DNA of 42,640 bases from Candidatus Binatia bacterium (GCA_050735075.1 JBOHVJ010000474.1:1-42640), one strand, 5' to 3'. Counted from the first letter of the stretch, positions 1 to 6,818 are shown. Made by a program: numbers and translations. The notes: generated by a model from the sequence alone, not told the origin.

Positions 1-59
1 CACGGAAAACGCAATAGAGCGCGGCCACACAGTCGCTGCTAACCCTGAAAGGAAAAGAC

Positions 60-626
60 ATGACGTACTACAAGGCAACCCAACTGGACGGAACGGATTT
101 CCGTACCGGGACGGTCGATTATGCCGGAGCGATGCTCAGATCCGAGCTGGTGTCCCACCCGTCCAGTACACAAATGATCCTCAGCAAGGCTCGATCCTAT
201 CTGTCGGTGTCGACCGAGCCTGGGGAAGCCCTGGTCGGCGGGCGTTGGCCAGCCCGGCTGTTCCTGGTAGAGCCGATCGGTGACGTGTTGGACGGTCTGA
301 AGGCTAGCCAGCATAAGCGCGCATGCCTGCGTCTGCGGGTGGTAGAGGAACTACCTGGGTGGCAGGCGCTAGGCCCCAACGGGCGCGAGGTCGAGGTACT
401 GATCGAACAGGCGGGCAGGATCACGGTCGAGCAGGCTAGCGAATTGCGCGCCGCCACCTACGCCGCCACCTACGCCGCCACCTACGCCCCCGCCCACGTC
501 GCCGCTAACGCCGCGTGCGCCCTGGTTGTTCGCGATGTGTTCGACGCCGAGCATTTCCGTACTCTCACCGAACCCTGGTTCGCGGTGTTCGGCGATCCTC
601 GGGATATTCTCGCAGAGGAGAAATGA
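60..626 (+). CDS. hypothetical protein, GC-rich, with ATYA x3 repeat
   Basis: ORF-track 188 aa. AAAGGAA SD-like sequence lies just upstream of the ATG. The gene is visibly GC-richer than the rest of the window. Its stop overlaps the next start (ATGA at 623-626). No catalytic motif recognised. Confidence 0.7.
   Translation: MTYYKATQLDGTDFRTGTVDYAGAMLRSELVSHPSSTQMILSKARSYLSVSTEPGEALVGGRWPARLFLVEPIGDVLDGLKASQHKRACLRLRVVEELPGWQALGPNGREVEVLIEQAGRITVEQASELRAATYAATYAATYAPAHVAANAACALVVRDVFDAEHFRTLTEPWFAVFGDPRDILAEEK
450..485 (+). repeat. perfect 12-nt x3 tandem repeat gccgccacctac (in-frame ATYAATYAATYA)
   Basis: Read directly: three contiguous identical 12-mers at 450-461, 462-473 and 474-485, inside CDS 60-626. 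Confidence 0.9.
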
Positions 627-793
627 TCATGAGTGATCAGAACGCTGATCAGTCCACCGCTAGCAAAACTGTCGCCGAATATGCCGCTGCCGATGCCGAC
701 ATTGCTTATGCCGCTTATGTGACTGCTCAGGCTGCTGCTGTCGCTGTTCGGGAATTTGCCGCAGCTCATCCTCTAGGAAGGGGGACGAGGTGA
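623..793 (+). CDS. small Ala-rich protein (56 aa), resembles the C-terminal part of the upstream protein
   Basis: ATG at 623 overlaps the upstream stop (ATGA), with GAGGAG just upstream. Product MIMSDQNADQ...AEYAAADADIAYAAYVTAQAAAVAVREF resembles ...ATYAATYAPAHVAANAACALVVRDVF of ORF 60-626. Its stop overlaps the next start (GTGA at 790-793). Confidence 0.55.
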   Translation: MIMSDQNADQSTASKTVAEYAAADADIAYAAYVTAQAAAVAVREFAAAHPLGRGTR

Positions 794-1002
794 ATAGACG
801 GATAGGCCGTAAGATGTGGCAGGCTATGGAGTACGTAGCCGAACATCCGGGGTGCATGAAAATTGATGTCGCTCGGGCAGTGGGACCGTACGGTAGCAAA
901 TCATACGGCTATGCGATTGTAGACCGCACCATCCGAGCGGGACTTATCCGAGCGGAATTTCGGGTGAATCACTACGCACTGTATCCGTCGCACAAACCTT
1001 GA
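790..1002 (+). CDS. putative winged-helix DNA-binding protein (70 aa)
   Basis: ORF-track 70 aa with a GTG start coupled to the upstream stop. The segment WQAMEYVAEHPGCMKIDVARAVGP...GYAIVDRTIRAGLIRAE looks like a MarR/wHTH-type recognition unit. The fold call is an inference. Confidence 0.5.
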   Translation: MNRRIGRKMWQAMEYVAEHPGCMKIDVARAVGPYGSKSYGYAIVDRTIRAGLIRAEFRVNHYALYPSHKP

Positions 1003-1017
1003 AACGGAGGAATGACC

Positions 1018-1170
1018 ATGCGTATTAGCCAAGTGTGGGATCTGAATCGAGGTCTCGGGACTCTCGACACCGGCCCCAAGCAGGGCAAGAAAAACAAGGG
1101 CATTGCCCGAGAACACAAGGCAAACCAGAGGCATGAAGCGGAAGTGCGTAATGCCCAGACACCAGAATAA
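1018..1170 (+). CDS. small basic protein (50 aa)
   Basis: Below the ORF-track cutoff. GGAGGA SD lies 7 nt before the ATG at 1018 and the TAA stop is at 1168-1170. Product MRISQVWDLNRGLGTLDTGPKQGKKNKGIAREHKANQRHEAEVRNAQTPE. It is last in the plus-strand cassette, just before the terminator. Confidence 0.5.
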   Translation: MRISQVWDLNRGLGTLDTGPKQGKKNKGIAREHKANQRHEAEVRNAQTPE

Positions 1171-1210
1171 TCTCACCAAGAGATTCCGAGATTCATACTG
1201 AAAAATCAGT

Positions 1211-1236
1211 CCCCCCTCTCCGGAGGGGGGCTTTTT
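1211..1236. terminator. bidirectional rho-independent terminator
   Basis: An 8-bp G/C stem cccccctc / gagggggg (1211-1218 and 1223-1230) closes a tccg loop. It is followed by ctttttc on the plus strand and preceded by aaaaatcag, giving a U-run for the minus-sense transcript. It sits between convergent gene sets. Confidence 0.7.
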
Positions 1237-1357
1237 CAATACCCATGCTATCGAACATTTGTTCTAATTAAGTTAACCTACCAGTCAAGTAGGGAATGCC
1301 TTCCCGGCAATCCCTAGTGGTTTAGTGGGGAATCGCGATACCCTTATCTTCTCTGCT

Positions 1358-2479
1358 CTACGGGTCCATCAAGCACTTAGAAGCAGATTTCCAACCATCG
1401 TAGTAAGGAGCCACGCTCACGCTGCTCAGTAACTCAATGGTCTCCCACGGGTCGGTAGAAGCCATGGCGTGTAGGGCATCCTGCACTGTCAGCACATGGA
1501 CCTGAGTAAGAGCTACCGAGTCAGCCGAGTGACCCTGGGAGGCATCAGCCAGCACGAGATTAGAGCCCACATACTCGATATCCACGACATCGGAGGTGAG
1601 CCCTTGATCAGCACTGTTGATCACTAGCTCATGGACTTGAGTCAGCACTGCCTGATCGACGGAGTGTCCCTGAGAGGCGTTCTGCACCACCAAATCGGCG
1701 CTACCCATACTCAGCCCTACGTTGTCGGCTGTTTGGTCCTGAGCAATGCTCTGGACGGCCAGCACGTGGGTTTGCGTGAGCACGAGCCCGTCGACTGAGT
1801 GAGACTGCTGTGCTTCCGCCACAGTCAGAGCGTGAACCTGCGTGAGTGATGGTGCGTCTGCCGAGTGAGTTTGGGCTGCGTCACCGACTACAAGATTGGT
1901 GCCAGGCGACAGGTCCCCTACCTCGAACGAATCAATGACAACGCCTAGACCTTTGCCGGCAGCTTCGTGGCCATAGATCCCACCGCGTGTACCCGATGTA
2001 ATCGACGTGTCCGTGATTTCCTCGGTAAGTACACCATTCCAGTAGGCTCGAAGTGTGGAACCTTCTACTTCAATTCGTAACGTGTCTGGAAACGCCGCAA
2101 TTACCGTGATCTGGGAGCCGAGAGCTGTAAATGTGCCCGCCACGCGTTTCCAAATCTGAACCCAAGGAATCGCTGCGTTCCGAAACATCGCGAAGTAATA
2201 TGTGGTGGCTGAAGGATTAAACCGTACGCAAGGACCGCATTCACTGGCGGCGCCATCCATGGCCACAATACTAAATTGGGCGTAGTGATCGGCATTAGTG
2301 GTGTCATGCTCGGCTCGGGAGGAATTCGTAATACCCCGGCTTGTTCCCTGTGGGCTGGCTTCATTGGAAACAACAGCCCAACCGGTTCCACCACCAGTAA
2401 CCATAGCCCAAGTTAGGTCAGTGTCGGTTGATTGTAGTGCGCCGTTTACGGCGGTAAAAGACTCCGTGTACGTGACCAT
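1358..2479 (-). CDS. tail-fibre / receptor-binding-like protein (LamG-like N-domain plus ~22-aa tandem repeats)
   Basis: ORF-track 373 aa. The N-terminal ~190 aa resembles concanavalin/LamG-type lectin domains (..LRAYWNGVL..). The C-terminal ~150 aa is about 6.5 repeats of the form (D/N)A(S/A)Q(G/T/S)HS(A/V)D....LTQVH(V/A)L(T/A)V. Function is inferred. Confidence 0.75.
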   Translation of the reverse strand: MVTYTESFTAVNGALQSTDTDLTWAMVTGGGTGWAVVSNEASPQGTSRGITNSSRAEHDTTNADHYAQFSIVAMDGAASECGPCVRFNPSATTYYFAMFRNAAIPWVQIWKRVAGTFTALGSQITVIAAFPDTLRIEVEGSTLRAYWNGVLTEEITDTSITSGTRGGIYGHEAAGKGLGVVIDSFEVGDLSPGTNLVVGDAAQTHSADAPSLTQVHALTVAEAQQSHSVDGLVLTQTHVLAVQSIAQDQTADNVGLSMGSADLVVQNASQGHSVDQAVLTQVHELVINSADQGLTSDVVDIEYVGSNLVLADASQGHSADSVALTQVHVLTVQDALHAMASTDPWETIELLSSVSVAPYYDGWKSASKCLMDP

Positions 2480-2485
2480 GACACC

Positions 2486-2857
2486 CTACGTCGGGTCGGC
2501 AACCTCAATATCCCAGGCTGGGATGTTGACAGTATTTCCCGCCGTCAGCGCTTGCGATGTGCAAGTAGTAACGTATCGCAATGTGGAATCTACGGAGTTA
2601 GCCAGCACAACGTGTGTCGCGGTACCTGTAGTGCCTACAGTGACTCCACTTTTTGCTGCCACGGTTGCCTTTCGGCCAGACGTATCCCCGTTTGCTTTTG
2701 TGTAGTCAGTATTCACAGTCATAGCAACATCCGCCAGAGATACGGCTGCAATTCCTGCGTAATTAGCCGGTTCAGCGGAGCACACATGCTGAATATTTGA
2801 CTGATCAATGTAATCAAACATTGCGTCAATTGTGGCATCTGGTGCTGCTTTACCCAT
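2486..2857 (-). CDS. hypothetical protein (123 aa), possibly structural partner of the fibre-like gene
   Basis: ORF-track ORF. GAGGTG SD lies 5 nt before the ATG. It is separated by 6 nt from the downstream fibre-like gene. No motif recognised. Confidence 0.7.
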   Translation of the reverse strand: MGKAAPDATIDAMFDYIDQSNIQHVCSAEPANYAGIAAVSLADVAMTVNTDYTKANGDTSGRKATVAAKSGVTVGTTGTATHVVLANSVDSTLRYVTTCTSQALTAGNTVNIPAWDIEVADPT

Positions 2858-2900
2858 GATTCACCTCATTTGCTCTTTTATGACTATGCTTGTGCTTGCA

Positions 2901-3104
2901 CTATACGCTAGCAACACCTAGCTCTCCGTCGTACGCGATGCTTAGCGCGTACTTCCGCAGTCCAGGGCCCAATCTCAGCGAGAATGTATCCCGTCCGTTT
3001 GTGCGGGCTTCGGGGACACGCACAATGGGATACACGGTGACCGTTGCCGGCGCCCACAGTAGGAGCAACAGCGCCGTGCCAATGCCATACCTGCTCATGG
3101 GCAC
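2901..3104 (-). CDS. possible small membrane/secreted protein (67 aa)
   Basis: ORF-track ORF in the 306-nt gap after the primase gene. The N-terminus MSRYGIGTALLLLLWAPATVTVYPIV is hydrophobic. The SD is weak, so the call is tentative. Confidence 0.3.
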   Translation of the reverse strand: MPMSRYGIGTALLLLLWAPATVTVYPIVRVPEARTNGRDTFSLRLGPGLRKYALSIAYDGELGVASV

Positions 3105-3163
3105 ACCACATTACTAGCTGCATTTCATGGCGGTACGCCGGGAGGACAGTCGGCAGAACAGTT

Positions 3164-5368
3164 TCATCCATTTTTAGTTCCTTTCAATTTGATGCCACCA
3201 AACCCCCGTGTTCCTCGTATCTTCATTTTAGGAATAGTCGATTCTAACTTCTCATACAATCGGCCCGCCGATAGTCGACCATAGCCGTTGGTTTCCGCCC
3301 ACATTTTGTAGACCATATACAATTCTGTGCGTTTGGTAAACGCATTTTGTTCTCGTACTGTGCAATCCATTATAAAGCTGGACAGGGGGTCAGCAATCAT
3401 TTTGTAATGCCTGGTGGCTTTCTTTACACTCTGTGGGATCTCAAACTTTTGACGTTCCATGAGCCGGCGCAGTCCTCTAACCGCGTACCGCAATAGTCCC
3501 TCTAGCTCGGCTTGTGTTGTCAACTCGTTTATAACATCCTTCTTTCTATTGCCCTTTTCGTCTGAGAATTTCGCAGAGAAAGGCAGTACCAGCCACCGGC
3601 GGAAGAAACCCTCTGTTGTGTCCTCTGATTGTGGAAGTTTATTGAATGATGCAATCATTGTAGCGCGAACCCTGAAATTGTGTTGTCCCTGAACATATTT
3701 CCGTTCTGCTGTGAGTGTGTCCCCGCCCGTCATCTTCTTGAATTTCTCAGTGGACTTGAACATTTTTGGGTCAACATCTCCCGCCAGGTTAGCGAGCTTT
3801 CCATAGAGGGTTAATTCCTGAAACCTACCTTCCACCTTTTGGGGACTCACACTAACGTGATTGTCCTGTCCCACTAGGGCCTCTAGGATGGACAAGAATG
3901 TGCCCTTCCCGTTTCCTCCTTTTCCATGGAGCATAAAGGCTAGCTGGAACGGGTTACCGTAGAACAACGTATACCCGATGATTTCCATAGCGAATTTAAA
4001 TGAGTCCTCCGGAAAAACCTGACGCATCCATTTCTTGATGGCGGGACAATCTGCTTGTGGATTCCACTTCACTGGGATACGGATGACGGAGTTAATCTCC
4101 GGACTGTGAGGCTGGAGCTTTCCTATCCTCCAGTCCAATAGACCATTTGGCAGGTTAAGGTATTGCGTATCCACTGAGGAATCAGTAAACCGGGGGTCTT
4201 TCAGTCTCACCAAATCCTCTACAGTGGTCCGGTATTCCTTCCGGTACCTCTCCCCGAGTAGCTGCGCAGCTCGCCGGCCTATCTCTTTGTCCCCTTCAGG
4301 TCTCCACACCCCATTTTTGTAACACATGATGTCACCGACATGTGACATTTCCAGGCTTCCAAGAGACTCTACCGCCCTTTTCAGTTTCTGGATCTGGATA
4401 CCACCCTTACCGAAGAAGTCTTCAAGATCATCAGCCTCGGCACCCAGGCAGGGATCATCTTCAGCCACGGGTGTAGCGGCTGCTTTCTCGACTCCACCGA
4501 CGCACGCCCGGACCCACTCCCGGCGTGCCTCATCCTCTGTGCGTCGTCCGCTTGCCTCGGAGCAATTCTGCCAGGTTTTCCGTAGCTTTCGTAGGGCAGC
4601 CCTACCCCCAGTGTGTCCCGCGCCTGTCTCGCGAAGTAGAGCCCATGCCGCATCAGTCATCGCATCATGCATGCCCCCGGGGTCTACCGCTTTTTTGAGT
4701 AGCTGTTGGTGCCGTTTAAGAACCTTCGCCATCTCAAGGCAGACATCTCCCGCCCCATGCTTACGGAGCCATTTACGGGCGTCAACCGATGCGCGAGGAC
4801 GGACCTTATATCCATTAGGGTTAGCGAAAGACTCAATCCATTTCTTGGGTAGCTGAGCTAGTTCATTGAGAGATGGAAACTCGCCAAAATCGGCCGTTGT
4901 CCCGTCAGCATGTAGCCACTCGTATAAACCGCCTGAGGGGTGCACCGATGGAGGCAACACGACGTAACGATAATGCCGATAGATGACGTCGACACCATCA
5001 ATGAGCTTTCCGGGCCAGGCATAGCCCTTCGGAACTCGAAACCAGAGATGGAACCTCTTAGGATTACCGCGATGTACGCGCCACGTCCTAGGCAGCTTGC
5101 CGTACCGCTTCTGGAGTTGTTGGAAGTTACGCCAGGCTCCGGGCTTGTCTCCATCGACATCAATAACCACCATGCCTTCAGGAACCACTGTGCCCACATT
5201 GGAGGGTCCCTCCTCAGCCCATTCTTTTATCTTTCGTTTTGTGATTTGAATGCTATTAGGAGTGCCATCAGGCGGAGGGTGTTTTTCTACATACGGCAAT
5301 GGCACGGGCAGATACCCGTGCTCATAGTAACCTGGAGCCGCGTTCGCGAACGGGTCGAATCGGCCCAT
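3164..5368 (-). CDS. bifunctional primase-polymerase / SF3 (D5-P4 type) helicase
   Basis: 734 aa. N-terminal prim-pol signatures are VVIDVDGD and YVVLPPSVHPSGGLYEW. The C-terminal part has the P-loop HGKGGNGKGTF, typical of phage P4 alpha / D5-like primase-helicases. Confidence 0.88.
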   Translation of the reverse strand: MGRFDPFANAAPGYYEHGYLPVPLPYVEKHPPPDGTPNSIQITKRKIKEWAEEGPSNVGTVVPEGMVVIDVDGDKPGAWRNFQQLQKRYGKLPRTWRVHRGNPKRFHLWFRVPKGYAWPGKLIDGVDVIYRHYRYVVLPPSVHPSGGLYEWLHADGTTADFGEFPSLNELAQLPKKWIESFANPNGYKVRPRASVDARKWLRKHGAGDVCLEMAKVLKRHQQLLKKAVDPGGMHDAMTDAAWALLRETGAGHTGGRAALRKLRKTWQNCSEASGRRTEDEARREWVRACVGGVEKAAATPVAEDDPCLGAEADDLEDFFGKGGIQIQKLKRAVESLGSLEMSHVGDIMCYKNGVWRPEGDKEIGRRAAQLLGERYRKEYRTTVEDLVRLKDPRFTDSSVDTQYLNLPNGLLDWRIGKLQPHSPEINSVIRIPVKWNPQADCPAIKKWMRQVFPEDSFKFAMEIIGYTLFYGNPFQLAFMLHGKGGNGKGTFLSILEALVGQDNHVSVSPQKVEGRFQELTLYGKLANLAGDVDPKMFKSTEKFKKMTGGDTLTAERKYVQGQHNFRVRATMIASFNKLPQSEDTTEGFFRRWLVLPFSAKFSDEKGNRKKDVINELTTQAELEGLLRYAVRGLRRLMERQKFEIPQSVKKATRHYKMIADPLSSFIMDCTVREQNAFTKRTELYMVYKMWAETNGYGRLSAGRLYEKLESTIPKMKIRGTRGFGGIKLKGTKNG

Positions 5369-5429
5369 GCTATGCTCGTTGTGGAGTGCAGGACTCGGGC
5401 ACTTTGGCTTTCCTCTCTTCTTTGTTGCG

Positions 5430-5470
5430 GAAACCCCCTAGGAAGCTTGCTTTGTTCCCTAGGGGGTTTC
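5430..5470. promoter_or_regulatory. perfect 13-bp inverted repeat (hairpin or dimer-binding site)
   Basis: gaaaccccctagg (5430-5442) and cctagggggtttc (5458-5470) flank a 15-nt spacer. The element lies in the gap between gene 5475-5687 and the primase gene. No clean U-run follows on the minus strand. Confidence 0.6.
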
Positions 5471-5474
5471 TGTT

Positions 5475-5687
5475 TCAGTGAGTGCGGATGTTTGCCTTTA
5501 CAGGCTCCTCGATCCACTCCCATGTGTTACGGTGCCAAATGTACCGGCCTTGGTAATAGTGACGACTGTTGTTCCTTTGGTGCTTACGAAGAATAATACC
5601 TTCCCATTCAATTCCGGCAGTAAGCACAACCCCATGTCTGGGGCCGCCTACCGCCCTGCCCTTAAGCATTGTGCAATTCTCGTTCAT
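5475..5687 (-). CDS. hypothetical protein (70 aa)
   Basis: ORF-track ORF, co-oriented in the operon, overlapping the upstream gene end. No motif recognised. Confidence 0.55.
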   Translation of the reverse strand: MNENCTMLKGRAVGGPRHGVVLTAGIEWEGIILRKHQRNNSRHYYQGRYIWHRNTWEWIEEPVKANIRTH

Positions 5688-6003
5688 TTCGGTTAGCTAA
5701 TTCATCGATCGTAGCGGCGATTATCGTATAATCCCTGATTTGCGCAGCCCACACTCGTAACTGTTCGGCGTAGCACGCAGGTTGGCTGAGACTGCTGTCC
5801 TCATCAAAGCGATTGAGCGGCGACGTATGAAGGTCAATACTGAGTGCGGCAACCAAGTTGATCCACCGGTCATGTGTCTCGCCGTGCATCACGGTGTGCA
5901 GCGATTCCGCAAAGTCACGATACGGATGCAGTCGGATTTCATTGGCGAGTGCATGTAGAAGTTGCGATTCGGTGCGGCACTTTAGTGCATTCATGGTGGC
6001 CAT
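5662..6003 (-). CDS. hypothetical protein (113 aa)
   Basis: ORF-track ORF, co-oriented. No motif recognised. Confidence 0.6.
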   Translation of the reverse strand: MATMNALKCRTESQLLHALANEIRLHPYRDFAESLHTVMHGETHDRWINLVAALSIDLHTSPLNRFDEDSSLSQPACYAEQLRVWAAQIRDYTIIAATIDELANRNERELHNA

Positions 6004-6030
6004 TCCAGGGGATTGGAGTAGTAAGAGAAG

Positions 6031-6207
6031 CTACGACTTACGGCAGTAGCGGTTCATCTCTATGCCGGTGATTTCCTTGCCGCTAGGCAATTCGATCACA
6101 CAGTTAGGGTTGTATGAAGTACCTTTGCGAGAGAGAATGTACTCTGCGTCTTCTATAGCTAATTGGTTGTCGCGTGCTGTTTTGAATGGTTCTGGATTGA
6201 AGTTCAT
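6031..6207 (-). CDS. hypothetical protein (58 aa from MNFNPEPF)
   Basis: ORF-track 6031-6222 trimmed to the ATG at 6207, which has GGGAG upstream. That ATG overlaps the stop of the upstream micro-ORF (ATGA). Confidence 0.6.
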   Translation of the reverse strand: MNFNPEPFKTARDNQLAIEDAEYILSRKGTSYNPNCVIELPSGKEITGIEMNRYCRKS

Positions 6208-6290
6208 TTCGGTGGCTCCCAACTATTGATAACCCAAAGCAGTAACGCTATAAATAGTAACGCTACAGCGATTTTGCCTTCGGTGGGCAT
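6204..6290 (-). CDS. 28-aa single-pass membrane peptide
   Basis: Below the ORF-track cutoff. AAAGGAA SD lies 7 nt before the ATG at 6290. Product MPTEGKIAVALLFIALLLWVINSWEPPK. Its TGA overlaps the ATG of the next gene (ATGA). The 9-nt direct repeat agcgttact x2 is explained by the repeated A-L-L codons. Confidence 0.5.
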   Translation of the reverse strand: MPTEGKIAVALLFIALLLWVINSWEPPK

Positions 6291-6818
6291 TAGGAGATTC
6301 CTTTATTGGGGAGGGTTGGAGCCCCGGAGCCTTGCGGAGTTTGCCGAACGACCTACACGAACCAGCATTCGGATTGGAAAAATTCGGCTTGATCACTGCT
6401 AAGGCTCCGGGGTGGCTATTGAGTTATCTATGACTAGCCGGGGAGGGTCACTGGCTTCTATGCGAGCCACGGGGGCAACTCGCTCCACCTATCCTCCCCG
6501 GCCAACCAAGGCAGACAAATCATGCAGTCAGCGGGGCCTAGCCACTAGTCGCATTCACCGGGCGTGCACAGTCCCGGATTTTCTGAGACCCTCAGAGCCG
6601 TAGGACTCGCTCTTTATAGGTCTCATAGTGCGCTAGCCCGACTCGAACGGGCCGGAGTTCCTGGGTTGACAAAACACGTTGTCACTCCCGATCCCTCGCA
6701 GCGCATCACTCCCCCGGTGGGAGCTTTAGGTGACAACGGCTATATCTCTCGCTTACCGCTGTCTTATCGGGTGCTGGCTGGTGGCCCGACGACCAGAAGA
6801 GAAACCCGAATTTGCATG
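6291..6818 (-). ncRNA. candidate large structured RNA locus (family unknown)
   Basis: There is no minus-strand ORF >=60 aa in 528 nt of an otherwise tightly packed operon. Several GC-rich nested helices are present: 6431-6446/6493-6508, 6322-6331/6403-6412, 6585-6590/6619-6624 and 6678-6685/6730-6737. G-U wobbles work only in the minus sense. The locus lies downstream of a promoter-bearing 70-aa gene. Boundaries are unknown. Confidence 0.4.
6628..6705 (-). ncRNA. non-canonical tRNA-like element (acceptor stem plus consensus T-arm)
   Basis: Minus-strand 78 nt. A 7-bp acceptor stem TGCGCTG/TAGCGCA (one G-U) stacks on the T-arm GCCCG-TTCGAGT-CGGGC. Discriminator is C and no CCA is encoded. The D-arm is aberrant, the anticodon hairpin loop is 6 or 8 nt, and the variable region is 14 nt. 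It is not a standard cloverleaf. Confidence 0.4.

Noticed and set aside
2908-3171. 87-aa ORF overlapping the primase stop
   Set aside because: It has an odd Cys/His/Arg-rich composition and no SD, and it competes with the hydrophobic 67-aa ORF 2901-3104, which is itself only tentative.
4326-4856. Antisense ORFs inside large genes (e.g. 4326-4856, 4940-5596, 10253-10654, 27539-28201, 28235-28780, 34957-35718, 36043-36579)
   Set aside because: All lie opposite well-supported long minus-strand genes with recognisable motifs. They lack SD sequences and have Ser/Arg/Pro-rich compositions typical of antisense frames.
6241-6270. Direct repeat agtaacgcta x2, initially read as a protein-binding or promoter element
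   Set aside because: It falls inside the SD-preceded, ATGA-coupled 28-aa micro-ORF (6204-6290) and simply encodes the repeated A-L-L of its transmembrane helix.
6628-6705. The tRNA-like element as an attP remnant (3' half of a host tRNA) or as a canonical tRNA gene
   Set aside because: No integrase or excisionase is present anywhere in the window. The 5' acceptor strand is present as well, so it is not just a 3' fragment. A canonical cloverleaf fails on the D-arm, U8 and the 7-nt anticodon loop.
6291-6818. Identification of the structured locus as tmRNA, RNase P RNA or a group I intron
   Set aside because: No tag-ORF ending in a typical ..ALAA-like sequence is adjacent to a resume codon. 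The 5' acceptor strand lies only 46 nt from the T-arm rather than ~300 nt away. The RNase P CR-I-like string (GAAAAUCCGGGAC) is only a loose resemblance without the other conserved regions. The locus does not interrupt a gene. I cannot exclude any of these without covariance-model searches.
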